A stretch of 60,383 nt of DNA, filler included, from Streblomastix strix (GCA_008636045.1; 3 parts of 3 records of this genome joined end to end with filler, not necessarily neighbours in it); one strand, 5' to 3'; positions 15,601-29,360 are shown, numbered from the whole stretch's first letter. The notes: a model not told the origin generated them from the letters alone. Translations and numbers: made by a program.

Positions 15601-18187
15601 ATGTCTTTTTAACTATCAAATGCAGAAACAATGGATTTATCAGATTCAGCTCGACATTTGTAATTGCAATTGTTTGAATCATAATAAAAGTTAGCTCCTT
15701 TATTAATTATTAATAATAAAGATAAAAATAATAAAGAAAAAATTGGAGGATATGGAATTAGAGAAAGATCAACTACTATTGGGAGTAATTAAAGCATTAA
15801 CATTAAATAATAATAATTGTTAAAATTACAATAATAGCAATAATAATTATTGTAATAATAAATATTACAATATCAAACACAATAATAATAATCTTAACCA
15901 TCAAGATCTTAATCTTAATCTAATTTTCCTCCTTAAAAACCTCCTTCAGTTCCTTCACTCCGTTCTTCAAGTTCTTCTTCATAATTCTCATAAAATCCTC
16001 CTAATGTTAACAATCCTAATTCTTCTTCGTAATTATAATCCATTCCATAATTATAATCTCATCAAACTAATTAATCATTACATTCATTTTAATCATTTAA
16101 AAATATAGATAATATTACTTCAATTCAATATATGCCTTCATTAGCTGGGGAACAAGATGCAGAAGAATAAACCTTTTAATCTTAATAATTAAAAAGTTTA
16201 TTGAATTAATCTTCTTAATAATCATAATCTTAATAGTTATAACCATAATAATTATCTCAGAAACTAACTCAACCTTCATTAATAGACTAAGACATGCAAA
16301 GTTAATATAGTGCTTATTTTAATTAAGATGAAGAAAATGGTGTGGATTAAGGACTTTTATTGAACAAATAAATTTAGAAGGCATAAAGTAAATCAAAACA
16401 GTAACCATAATAATTAGTCACTCATCTTTCAACAGGATCTAATAATTCATTATCATAAAAGCTGTTTTAGAATTTGAGTTAATAGCCATCTCAATCAATA
16501 TCATATTCGCTTACATAATATTCTAATAAATAGTTCTAATAATTATCTTCATAACAATAACAAACAGGGAATATTAGTAGTAATAGTAAAAAACAATAAT
16601 CTACAGTTCAGGGTACATCTTCATAACATTCATCGGTATCTTCATTTGTATCAAATACTTAATTAACAAACCCATCATCAATAGTTTTATAGTTGTAATA
16701 ATTATAAAACAATTATTAAATATAATAAGCTCATTCATTTGAAACATCCCATTCTCCAATCACTTCACATTCTTCAAATGAATAACTATTAGATTTGATT
16801 GGAAAAATTAATGAAAATAATAATTTGAAAAATTAAAACGATATTTTAAGAATAAAAACAGAATCTAATATTTTAGATCTTTAATAAAATGATGATTAGT
16901 AACAATCAAATAATAGGAGATAAGATAAGAAATAAAGAAATTCTCATTCTGGAGCTCGTATACCTAAAACAGAACAATAATAGCAATAGCCATTGGAGAA
17001 TAATTAAACAACTCCATTAATAGCTAAATATTATTATAATAATAATGGTCAATATTTCTCCAATATAAATGATAATTAGAATAATAATAAATAAGAAGTA
17101 AAACAATAGTCATAAGAAATGAGTGTTGGAGTTAAAGGAGAAGAAGTTACTAAATAAAATATAAATCAATAGCAATAATAAAATTAATAATAGACTTAAT
17201 CTCAAAATCAATATAAACATTTATTATTATAGACTAATCAAGCCTAATAAAATGGTCAATAGGACAATCATCAATCTTCTCAAATATAAATATCTCCATC
17301 AAATGCATCATAATCAACATAATCAACTCCTTTATCAATATAATTGAGTCCTTAATCATTTTAATCACAACTCTCTCCAATATCAATGTATTCATTATCT
17401 CCATAATTTAATAGTAGTCCATAATCAAATGTTATTATTACTAAAAAACCAGTTTAAAAAAGGTAATCATCTTCATAATTATTGAAAAATAAAGAAGAAA
17501 GGGATTCAAATATTTAATAATCTTAATCATTCTATTATTAAAAACGTTTATCTCTTTAATCATCACCTTAGCCATCTTTGAAAGTATAATAAGAATAATT
17601 ATAATCATTATTCTAACATGGAAATCATTCACCATAAACACCCGTTACTTAATCAACAGCATCATCTATATCACCAGCGCCATTGTAATTAGAAAATAAA
17701 GATCTGAATTAATTTAAAATTATTACAAGTGATAATATGAATAATAATAATGTTACATAGAATAATTATAGTAATATAAATAAATTAATGAATATGGGTA
17801 CAAATATCTCAAGTATATAAATTTTTGATTCCATTTCATTATCAACATAACCATCATAATATAATTCATCACAAAAATCATAATCAAGTTTAGCAGGAAT
17901 AAACCAACCAACTTAAAAATCTTAATCTTCTCTGTTATAATCACAAGGGAAATAATAATAATAATCAAATGCATCACTTTAACTTTCATTATCTCCAACT
18001 ACCTCATAATATTCAGCAGCTTCTCCATCCACTCCACAATAATAATCATTTCAGTCATTATAGAAATTATAGCAACACTAATTGGAACAGTAATAATAAC
18101 AATAAGAAAAAGGAGTTGATAAAGTAAAGATAAAAGCAAAAGTTAAAGCAAAAGTTAAATAATAACAAAATTAATAGACTTAATAAC

Positions 18188-18218
<31 letters not shown>

Positions 18219-20068
18219 GATTTAGGACATTGAAGTACTTAGAATAAAAGGAGGAATGCATCAAGACTCCACTCCACGTTCTGATAGAGAGAAAGAGAAA
18301 TAAAAGAAGAATAAAAATGAAAAAGATAATCAATCATTAAAATCTCACCCATCAACATACTCTGGATAAGGAACAGGCTCTGATTCAGAATCATCAAATA
18401 GATAAAGTCATGATTCAACTATCAATTCCAATATATAATAAATGGGTACTTCATCTTCTTAATCTTCTTCATCGTCCTAATCTTCATCCAATTCTCAAGA
18501 TGAAGGTACTCATACATAGCAATCCACATCCTCATCTTCCAATTCATCCAGAAATGAGCAGAATTAAGACAATGAAGGTGAAAATGGAGACACGAAGAGA
18601 GACCGAACAAAGAGAGAGAAAGCTGGAAGGGATAGGGAGAAGAATAAAGAAGATGAAGACTCCAATTCCAGCAGTTCATCTGATTTCATTCCTTTCATTT
18701 AGGCTGATTTGGGGAAAAATCTGACCACTGTTCCAAAACTGTCAGTTATGGATAATATGAGAAAAGGAGGTGGAAGAGTTGGTTAGGGTTAATAATTAAC
18801 ATCAAATGCATCCTCTATTGATTTTAGTAGCTTATAATAAAATGATGAGGAATTAGAAAATTACTTTTCTTAAGGAATATAATAAGTTCAATTAGCAAAT
18901 TAATAACAATAATAATGGGACTTATAATAATAGTAATAATAACAATTTGACTTTGAATAATTATAATATTAGACATTTTAAGGCTAAAATGTTGAATTAA
19001 CAGAATAAGAATAATTATAAGAATAATTATAATTTTTGTAAGATTAATAAATGAAAATATAATAATAATTATAATTAGTTCGATAAAAATCAAATTATAT
19101 TAATAATAATAATTATAATGAAGATGGACAGGGAAATAATTATAATGAATAATAAAATAATAAAGAAGATGAATATTTTTAAGATTCGGGGTAAGCATTT
19201 GAAATACCAGATATTGAATCATAAGAATATCAAATGAAATAGAAGAAAAAGAAGAAGAAGATAATAGTAAAGAAATATAAAAAGAAGAAAGTATAATAAG
19301 GCTTTCCTGATGATGGTGCTGATAATGAACCTATTCTAATAAGCCAGGAAATTGTTGAAAAAGTTGATTAATAAGAAGAAAAGAAAGAATAAATTAAATT
19401 CGGATGGGATGATGAAGACGAAGAATAAGAAAAGAAAGAAGAATAAAAAGAATAAATAAAGTTTGGTTGGGATGATGAAGATGAAGATGAAAATAAAGAG
19501 GAATAATAAGCAAAATAAGATCAAGAAGAAAAGAAAGACAAATTTGGATGGGAAAGTGATGATGATGAAGATGAAAAGAAGAATGAAAAAGATAATGAAA
19601 ATGAAAATGAAAATAAATAAGAAGAAGAGAAACCGTAGAAATTTGGATGGGATAGTGAGGATGAGGATGAGGACAATAAGAAGGAGAATAAAGAAGATAA
19701 TTAAGAAGATGATGATAAATAAGAAAAGAAATAATAATAAATTAATTCAAGTGATGAATAAGAGAGCAAAAAATAGTCCCATTCATAAAAGAAAAATAAA
19801 AAAGATGGGAAAAAATAAAAAGATGAACAACCATAATAATTAAACCCAGTAAGTGCTGTATAAAAGAGTAGAACAAATCTAAGTTTATAAACAGAAAGCA
19901 ATAAAAGTATTGATAGTATTAATAAAAAAATTCCATCACCATCAATACAAAGATCCTCCAGCATAAAAGGATATGATAATTAAAATAAATAATTATCCAG
20001 AACAAGAACGATTTCATAACCATCTGCAACATATGCACGCAAATTAGAACAGTCAAATACTCAACAAT
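794..20068 (+). CDS. Giant hypothetical protein (>6,300 aa), Gln/Ser/Asn-rich low complexity with interspersed helical (ARM/HEAT-like) blocks; 3' end missing
   Basis: With TAA/TAG=Gln, frame +1 from the CAG acceptor at 1131 to the contig end at 20068 showed no TGA in any line read (spot-checked throughout). Small upstream exons (~794-947, ~1029-1076) are separated by AT-rich GT..AG introns. The true start is uncertain and may lie further upstream. Confidence 0.8.
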
Positions 20069-20168
20069 NNNNNNNNNNNNNNNNNNNNNNNNNNNNNNNN
20101 NNNNNNNNNNNNTTAATTAATTAANNNNNNNNNNNNNNNNNNNNNNNNNNNNNNNNNNNNNNNNNNNN
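20069..20168. other. Artificial contig-joining spacer (N run + TTAATTAATTAA + N run)
   Basis: 100-nt spacer carrying a standard six-frame stop linker. Confidence 0.98.
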
Positions 20169-20558
20169 TTCTATGATAATCTCATAACTTACTTTCATAA
20201 ATTAGATATTTCATAGTTTGACGCTAGAATCATACCAATGACTGAGGCTAAAAAGGAAATTATCGAAGTTTCATTAACAGACATTGATAGATTCTATATT
20301 TATTATTTCAAATAGTTAAAAGTTGGTTGGTTATGTGAGTTAGCTCAATAATAATACTGTCAAGATTCTATTAAGCCATAAAATTTCAAATTAGGAATTC
20401 ATAAGAATTGTGAAACTATACGATAACATTTCAGGAATAAACATCTTAGATTGAATAAGATTAAGGAAGATAAAATAGCTGAGCTAGAACAGTATGTTGA
20501 AGATGATGTTAACGAAGAGATTATTAATTAGGTTAATGATGTAGAGTATAATACATGA
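20169..20558 (+). CDS. C-terminal fragment of a Polinton/Maverick-type primase-helicase (D5/SF3-like) protein, 5' truncated
   Basis: Reads FYDNLITYFHKLDISQFDARIIPMTEAKKEIIEVS...EYNT to TGA at 20556-20558. It resembles the post-helicase tail of protist Maverick primase-helicases (recalled similarity, not searched). Confidence 0.5.
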
Positions 20559-20606
20559 TGATATTTAATTCTCATAGTAAATTCATCATAAATTATTATT
20601 TTTATA

Positions 20607-21106
20607 TAGAAGGGAATTATGACGAAGTTGTAATGTAACAAACTTAGCGATACATACGATGATACACATAGGAATTCATAAAAAAATTATTTTTACACCA
20701 TGTTTTAACTTATAAAACACTAATTCTATAGTCAAATCACTTACTTAACCAATAATCACTCATATATTTTCTTATCAAGAGCACTTTCATCGAATGCACA
20801 TCATCATTCGTATTATCTCATGTCAACTCATTCCTACATCTCAAATTTATAAACTCTAACACATTCCAGCACCAAGCTCCACGGCTCCTCACAATTTTGG
20901 CTAATTCACAATTTTAATAAATTCTCTAACTCATTTTCTAATTTCGTTATTAATAATTATTTTCATCAAATTCTACCTATTTACTATTTTCATCTACTTT
21001 CCCAATAATTCATACAATTCTCGTATTGCCATTAATTATCCTATTTATTTTCATAAATCATCGCAAAACTAAATCTTGCCATGAACTTCGTCATAATTCC
21101 CTTCTA
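20607..21106. mobile_element. ~500-bp segment bounded by perfect 23-bp inverted repeats (Polinton terminus or MITE)
   Basis: TAGAAGGGAATTATGACGAAGTT (20607-20629) and its exact reverse complement AACTTCGTCATAATTCCCTTCTA (21084-21106). Confidence 0.75.
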
Positions 21107-21333
21107 ATGTTATGAACGCACCCAGCAAATTCTTTGATACTACACCGATGGGCAGAATATTGAACCGTTTCACTGGAGACATCACAATCACAGATTAAAC
21201 ACTTTATATGTTATGGATACTAGTTGTATCTATGTGGATTATGTTTGTTGGATAGATTGTGATTATTGCTATTGATACAGTTTGGTTCCTGATTATTGGA
21301 GAACCAGCACTTTTGTTGTTCTTCTTATTGATT
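21106..21333 (+). pseudogene. Orphan exon of an ABCC/MRP transporter (TMD2)
   Basis: [26 protein letters not shown]...LFFLLI, followed by a GTATGC donor. It is paralogous to the exon at ~37380-37650 (-). It begins abruptly at the inverted repeat and no following ABC exon is seen. Confidence 0.8.
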
Positions 21334-21589
21334 GTATGCTTTAACATATATTTGTATTGAATTATGTACAGATAAATTTAATCAATTATTATTTTTTGTT
21401 TATTGCACTCCTACTAATAAATTACTTACAATTTTTATTCATATTTATCCTTCATAATTTTAATTGAAATAATTATTTCTTTAATATATGAAGAAAATTG
21501 AAATTATATGAGCATTTTTTACTAGAAATAGAATAACTGACAATACAGATATTAAGCATGAAGCTTATAAATCGCTGAGGAAAGAGCCA

Positions 21590-22059
21590 GGAAGCTTGGG
21601 ATACCACATACACCAGAACTTATGTACCATCTGATTTAGATCTGCATAGCTCTACTCCGAGAGTTTCTGATGCTGTTTGTACACAAGGCCAGCCAGGAGA
21701 TCATGATTCTAACTATCGAACCATTATAAAAATCCAGATGGATTTAACGATCTAATATCATCAGCCAGTGTTTCCACTTGGATATCGACCAACATACTAC
21801 AACTCTACACAAGTGCGATCGTTTAAAACCTTCAAATGAAGAAGATTATCCAGATCGTATTCATGCTACACATGATCCAATAAACACAGGGCCACTAGGA
21901 GCAAAAAATTCAATATATACAAACCATTATAAGAATTCAGATGGACTCAACGATCTAATATTGCAATATAGGCCAAAAAGGTGTATAGAACCTGTTGGAC
22001 CAAATGCACCTTGGATTTCGCATACTCAATATATCCATGATAGGAAGAAATGCTATTGA
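21590..22059 (+). pseudogene. Frameshifted gene fragment with internal peptide repeat (NHYKNPDGFNDLI / NHYKNSDGLNDLI)
   Basis: Two related repeats lie in different frames (~21719-21757 and ~21922-21960); the second frame ends at TGA 22057-22059. Confidence 0.45.
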
Positions 22060-22559
22060 TATGATTGTGCTGCACACCGTGCATGAATATATAAGACTTA
22101 TATCTTCTCGACATTATATTGAGTATTTAATCGTCTGTTGTTATTCTTCCTATTTTAATATTTCTTACACGTTCCACTTCATTATCATATACACGTTTCA
22201 TTTAGGATTTGATATGCATATGATTGATATTTAAGCAATTTATGTAAATACAGCCAAAATAACACTGTGCAATTTGATACGTTGAAAATAATTTCATTTT
22301 TGATAAGAATAATATTATTGTTAGTTCAATATGAATTGATAAATCTATCGTTTTGATCTTATTTCAAATAATTCCAGAAAAAAATTATTAGAATTAATAG
22401 TATTAGGTAAAATAAATTAAGTTGAAATAAAGAATATTAATGATTATTATATATATACTATTTTATTGACTACTATCCATATTTACCTTGCAAATCATAA
22501 CATAAATAAATGTTAAACACTGAATAAATAAAAATGCTGCCTCGGTTTATATGTAATAT

Positions 22560-23720
22560 TACAGACTAAATCAGCGACGTAATTCATTTACTTCATATAC
22601 TAATACTAAATTTCTTCATAGCAGAGCACAAAGTTATACCTGCAGCGAACACTATCTCATTTTCTTCATGCTTAATAATCTGCTTCACAAAAGTAACCAT
22701 TATTTCAGAGTTATACGTCTGCTTTAGCTTGATCAGACAATTTTTCATCGATATCCAACATTAGCTAACAAATAGCTTCTATTGTATTTGGCCCAAGATT
22801 TTCTTTATTTTCATCTGCTGTATTGGATTCTTCGATCTGAAGCTTAATTAATGCATCAATAGTCTTCCATACTTAACCTGCAATCTGGTGATATAATTCA
22901 ATAATTGTCAATGATGCAGTGATACCACCTTCTGAAACTTGTAGTGCAGTGTTTCCAGCTTTCCTAGCAATGTCCTCATCTTTTAGAAGTCGTTAATATG
23001 CAGTCATTCCTTCAATTGCACCTTAGCGGCTATCGTCAAGTTCTTCATTTGAACGTAAAGGTGAATTATAGAGCGTAGTACTAGCAAATACAGTAAAGAC
23101 ATTGATTAGAATTGGATATTGACTGAATAACTAATTGCAATACTTTATAATGAACACAAATAGTAGTCATAAGTAGCCACTTACATTTTATGTATACTAT
23201 GCGCTCAATTGTATGTATGATTATTCTTTTTGTATCGTTCATTCTAGTATTAATTTTGCGAGAACAATCTATGATATTTACATTGTTGCATCTAGGATCT
23301 TCTGTAAGAATGTGCACAAAACATCCCTTCTAGCACCATCACTAAAATAAACAATCTTCACCAGAAGAGCTGTTATATATTCTATAACGATCCATTTATT
23401 AATTCAGAGTCTTTGCTAGCTATAAAATGAATAGCATCAAGTGCAGAGCCTTGGATCATATTGTTCAGACAGTTCCAAGCAAGAACATTTGAGTGTGCGT
23501 TAATTGGATCTTAATTTCTGCGCCTTATGAGGATAATATCAAGTAGCTCCTTTATTACGAATGAAAGGAAATTTATTTGCTCTTATTCACCCTTCTATAT
23601 TTGACCATATGCAGCTGTTTATTCAATACAATCTTTTTCTTTCAGATCAACAGCAACTTTTGCAAAGTTATTGACTGCGTTAAATGCTGACTCTCTCAGA
23701 ATAGTTCCAGTCTTTTATAA
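22560..23720 (-). pseudogene. Degenerate HEAT-repeat (importin-beta-like) gene fragment
   Basis: Helical translation ILRESAFNAVNNFAKVAVDL...LAWNCLNNMIQGSALD...IEAICQLMLDIDE, interrupted by in-frame TGAs and frameshifts. Confidence 0.35.
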
Positions 23721-24408
23721 TATATTAATTCTAAATAATTTTTAACCAAAAATAAATTTATTAATGAAGGAAAAATTAAGTTTTAAAATTGTTTTGACTA
23801 TTACAAAGCGGAGAATCAGAATTTAATAGATTGTATATTATAATTTATTTAAAATAATAATAAAAGATGAGATAAAAAACTTAAAATGTTGATTTTAAAA
23901 CTTTGTGGAATACGTATTTTAATTTTTGATTCTAATCTTTGGAACGAGATTTTGCCTATAATTATTGAAATCTATTTATTATAACTCAAAATTTTATATT
24001 AGCATATTTCGTTTATTTATATTTTAATATAAAAATTTACAATAAATACTTAACTAACTTAGAAATCTTATTAAACAATAAATTCTGAATATCATCATAA
24101 TTAGCTTTTTAAAATGAATTTCACTAAGATTAATTTCGGTATTTTTGCATAGTTAATAATATGAAACTTATTTATTCATGTCAACATCCATTTAACATTG
24201 ATATAATATTTTTATTTTATTTTATTCATTTAAATTTATTTTTCTATTCTATTTCTATAATTTCGTTAATAATTTTATACTAACTGAAATAATTTTGTCT
24301 ATTTAATAAATTTTATAATAATATAAACTCAAATTCATAATTTTCACTTCCATATTTTACAATACTTATTAAAAATTTATTAAATTATAAATAATATTGA
24401 AACAAGAA

Positions 24409-25660
24409 TCAATTTTATCCTTTTCCAACTCCTGGAAGTAATGAATTCATATTCTTGGCTCCCATTATATTATAGTTTTTATCTTAAATTGACTTAATTT
24501 TCACTTCAGATATCTTGTTTATAACTTTGAATAATTTTTATTCTGGATTATTTTCTATATCTAAATATTTATTTGCATCATTCGCATAATAATAATAACT
24601 TGCTTTTAATTAATTATTTAAATTTTTAAAACTTAGATATTGTAATTAGTTTTCAATTTGATAAGTTGGGAAGCTTCGTACACCTTTAGTTCTTTCATAT
24701 CTGACTAATTTAAGGTTTGTATTTGTTCCAAAACTTCTCCAATCTTATACAAGTTATTCTAATAAATCAATATTTAATATTTTATTCTTTACTGATCTGA
24801 TTTTATTTTTTGCTATTCCAAATTCTCTATCACATATAGATTTAGAATGGCCTGGTACATAAAATGATTGGGTAATGTTATATTTAGGATGAAGTGGGGA
24901 AAAGGGGGAAAGTAAAAGATACTTGAATGAGGCGCTTCTAAAATGATTACCTTTGTCTGACCAGACATGAATTATATTAAATGGTACATTATTATTAATC
25001 AAACCTTTAAAACAGTCATTTACATAAATTTAATCTATTTTCTAGCAAAGAGATATTTAATAATAAGCTTAATTAACTATTTGATTTTCTTATTTATATT
25101 ATAATACAAATGCCAGAATTGACCCATGATTATATTTGAGATAGTCTTTCTACTTTTTTCTTACCCTAACAGGAAGTCGCAGACTCTCCGCGAAGTCTGT
25201 TACAATTATGCATTCGGTATTTTATAAATTATTTAATAATTAATTATTTCTTTAATTTTATATAACTACATCTAACTGGTGCTATTACGCACATACTAAC
25301 TTTATTTCTTCTTATTCAGTCTTGATATTATAATCTTATTACATTAATTCACGTAAATCTTCGCATAGATTACATATATCAACTTACCTTTTAGCAAAAA
25401 TTATTCTGAATTAAATGAATTTTTTATCTTATGAATATCCAAATTTGATGTTCAAATTTTCTTTTAAAAATGAATTAAACAATTATTTTATTGTAAATTA
25501 TGTAGTTAATATATTAAATTATTCATATTTATCAGTATTCCTTTTATTTTTTCTTATAATTTGTAATATTAGTTATTATTATTAAAAAATTTAATTTTCA
25601 TTAACAGTTATTTTTTTGAATTAAGGAATACTTGTTTCATTATCATCATTTTAATCATCA
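24409..25660 (-). mobile_element. Sola-like DDE transposase ORF (N-terminal region decayed, extending toward ~26900)
   Basis: Open under the Gln code: KRQVDICNLCEDL...IIVTDFAES...HVWSDKGNHFRS...FYVPGHSKSICDREFG, ending at TGA 24409-24411. The CxxC, DF.E, WSD..HF and GH.K..CD..FG motifs match the Sola-type catalytic core. Confidence 0.65.
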
Positions 25661-28099
25661 TTTTTTTTTCATTTAACAATTTTTTAAAACGATTTAAATT
25701 TCATCTTCATAATTATTTTCATTCACAGATCCAAAATCTATTTCATATTCAAAAAATAAATCACTTTCACTTTCGATTTAATAATCTTAATCACTTTACT
25801 GCTCAACCTAACTATCATTTTCATTACTACTTTCATCTTTACTCTCATATAATGATAATTGTTAATTATAATTTATATCTTTTCTTTTAATATATTCATT
25901 ATATTAGTTTGCAATCTACTTTCTGAAGTAGTATTTCCGATGTACCCATGCTTCTTCATCTGTTTCATCTACTGATTCATCATCATCATCATCTAGAATT
26001 TCTATTACTGTTTTTATTGCGGAAACAGAATTATTAATTTTCTTTTCAGGAGTTACTATCATTTACTGGGGAGTGACAATATTACTTCTATCATCAGAAA
26101 TAGGTGACTTTGATTCATAATAATTTAGAGTAATTGGGTAAGAATTTGTATTTTATTAAGAATTTTCAGAATAATTAATGGTTTTTGTTGGTGTAATTAC
26201 TGCGCTATTACGTGTTTCATCAATATTTTTAATATTTTTATATTTTATATTTTCTATTTATTTGTTTGCTATTTTAAATGTTTGTTTTTATTAATTTTTA
26301 AAGTTTATTCGAGATGCACATTTGTATCTTAATTTTCTATTAAATCATTTCCTCTTTATTTTTGCTCAACATTTGAATCGTACATATTATTTGTTACTTC
26401 TTATGTAATTTAATTTTCAGTAAAATTTTCTTCAAAACTTAATTAATTTTGTTACACTATATATTTATTTTTTCTTATCTATCTATGAATTCCTGAAATT
26501 TAACTTTTTATCTTTGCATGATTCATTATTATATTATAATTTTTTATTGTAAATTTAATTTTTTTTGTAATTGTAATTAATCTAACTTTATAATTCTTTT
26601 TGCATCACGAATTGTGTAATGACGAATTGGAAATCCGTGATTTTATAATATTTTTGTTTTTGTTTCAATTATAGAAATTAATAGAAGAAATTATTTTATA
26701 TTTGGATTTTCTAATGATTTATATATTTTTGAAGCTTCTTGGAGGAATTATGTTTTATTTTTAAATGCACTTTTTTCAATTTCTTTTTTAATGCAAATTC
26801 CTTATTTCGTATTAAATATTAAATATCTTATTAATTAATCAAAATAATTTCCAGTTAATTTATTTTAAATTAATATTACTATTTAAATATACTTTTTCTT
26901 TGTTGATGGTTTTAATTTATTGAAAGAAATTCTAGATCGATATGAAGATAATAAAGTAATAGCTTTGAGAATATTAAGTAATAAAACTATTTTAATTTAT
27001 TTTAATTTAAAATCAAAATTTTCCATAAATATTAATTAATATATAAAATTGAAATAAAATTATTTATGAAAAATATTATACGAACCTAAATTAATACAAT
27101 TCAATATTAATGTAAGATAATTTAATAATTTATATTTTTTTATATTTTTTTCAAAATTTTTTTAATAATGAGAGTTCAAATTCAGTATTATTAAATTTTT
27201 GTTTAGTATTAAATTTTAAATATAATGATGTTTTCAAATTGAAAAGTTCACACAATTCCATGATTTTGTAGAATTGATTAAAGCCAGATTTATATATATA
27301 TTGAGTTATTTTTAAAAATATAACAATTTTATCATTTGACAGCTAAAACATGGAGAAAATAGATAAAAAATGCGCAGCTGGTGTATTCTATGGTTACGAA
27401 GATATAATAAATAATTTTCAAGTGAAATTTTCATTGTAGTGAAGGACAAACTACCCAATTTTCAATTTTCCGGTTTGGTACTTTAATTTTTATTCGGGTA
27501 GAATTAAATTAAAGCTGAATGATTGATTTTAGAATGACCTGATGATTATGAATATGTAGAAGTGTAATTTCTAGATATTGATGGTATGGATTCAGCTAAA
27601 ATAATTCTGAATTTTTACAACTTTTGCTGGATTATAAATTTATATGTATATAATTATATATAAAATAAGAAACTGTCTAAAATTAATTTATATATTATAT
27701 TGTTAAAACTTCTATTTAAAATAAAAAAAATGCAAATTAAATAATATACTAGTTAGACTAGATGTAAAATAAAAAATTTATATTTAACAAATATATATAC
27801 ATTAAATTCTTTATTAAACTTTCAATAAAATTTAAATTTGTAAAATAGAATCCAAAAAAATCAACTTTGAAACTTCAAAAATTATTTCAATTCATTTTAT
27901 GGGTAAAAACAATAAAAAATGAATATTCTTTTAATTGCTAAAGAGAATGAATTCTAATTTATTAATGAACATATATGAGACTTAATGTAAAATTAATATA
28001 ATCAAGTAAAATATATTAAATATCCTAAATGCTTTCTTTTCAAACTATAATAATACTCATTTTTTAAATCTTAAAACATTCTTGTAATAATAACTCATG

Positions 28100-29360
28100 C
28101 ATCTTTGAATTGATTCAATTTCAAACACTATCTGAAACATACTCCCATTGTATCTTCTTCAATCTCTCAAAATCCTATTTATGATCTTTCTCTTTCTCAA
28201 TCTTAGTCATTCAATCCATTATGTCGATAACCAACAACGGCAGACTTCATAAATTCAGATGCATATATTAGATGAATATATGTTGACAAACATGATCTGA
28301 ATAACTCTCCTGTTTGCATCTGTTGATAGCAAAATCCTTTTTGAACTGCTACTAATTCCATATTAGATAACAATTATATATATCCAAAAATTGCTATAAT
28401 ACTATTACGAGATGGACTAGTATTCGCACAATAAAGAACTTATGAGAATGGACTTCCTCAAGATATTGCCTTGTATATCTCATTTAGATGAATATAAACT
28501 ATAAACACTGTCCTATTCTTGAATATTAAGTAAATATGTACATTCCCAAACTTTCAAATTTTATATGTAATTAAGAAATATTATTATTTAATTATAAATT
28601 TTTTAATATAAAATTATTAATTGTATCTTGCATTTTTAAATTTTCTAAAATTCTATTTCAATTCAATAGCACATTCTTTATCATAAATTAGAAACAGCTT
28701 AATTACTCCCTATTTATCAATATCTTATAGAAAATTACTATATTTAGCTTCAAATGGTCTTCCATTTAATTCAAGGACATCACCTCAATTAAATGTAACA
28801 ATTGATGATTTGTATATACATGTTTTACTAGTTAAACTATATAAATCCATCTTTTTCTATTGTTAACTTTCCTAACTTGCATTTGTCCAACTGATAATCC
28901 AAGTGTTAATTGACTTCTCTTATTCCATGATACTGCACGAACTGCTTTTGATGAAATTCCATTGAAACTGCTTTTTGTATTAACTCGAGAATTCATGATA
29001 ACGAAATTACCATTCTCCCTACCTACTGCAATGTATGAGAAAAGTTTGGACCATGTAAAGCAAGATACTATCACTCCAAAATCGATTTTCCGTGCAGTAC
29101 TTATTGCTGATTCCTATAAAACAAGTAAATTTCCTTTTTTTGTTGATGCAGTTAAAATCTTCATACCTTTGTCCTATGCAAATTGAGTATAAAATAAAGG
29201 AAGGGTGAAAGAGTTAATCTCTTATTAGTCAAGCTAGAAAATATGTAAAGCGTTGCCCCGTCCACTTGTTGCGAGATATATCGATTGAGGATGCCACGAG
29301 ATAACTACTCTTGCATTCTTGCAATTAACATCTGCAGTTATGTGGAAAATTCAATAAATT
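28100..29360 (-). pseudogene. Decayed IFT144/WDR19-like WD40 gene (N-terminal part)
   Basis: VVISWHPQSIYLATSGRGNALHIF...TWSKLFSYIAVGRENGNFVIMN...AVRAVSWNKRSQLTLG follows the N-terminal WD40 layout of IFT144. Downstream parts carry TGAs and frameshifts. Confidence 0.6.

Noticed and set aside
1418..19964. Dozens of short standard-code ORFs rich in Ile/Leu/Asn/His/Met
   Set aside because: They are off-frame or antisense shadows of the low-complexity giant ORF. Only frame +1 pieces (e.g. 3679-3921, 10636-10827) are real fragments.
20069..20168. TTAATTAATTAA palindrome within N runs (also 40235-40334)
   Set aside because: Artificial linker; adjacency across it has no biological meaning.
23800..27300. 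Terminal inverted repeats for the Sola-like transposase
   Set aside because: Only weak AT-rich matches were found; not supportable by eye.
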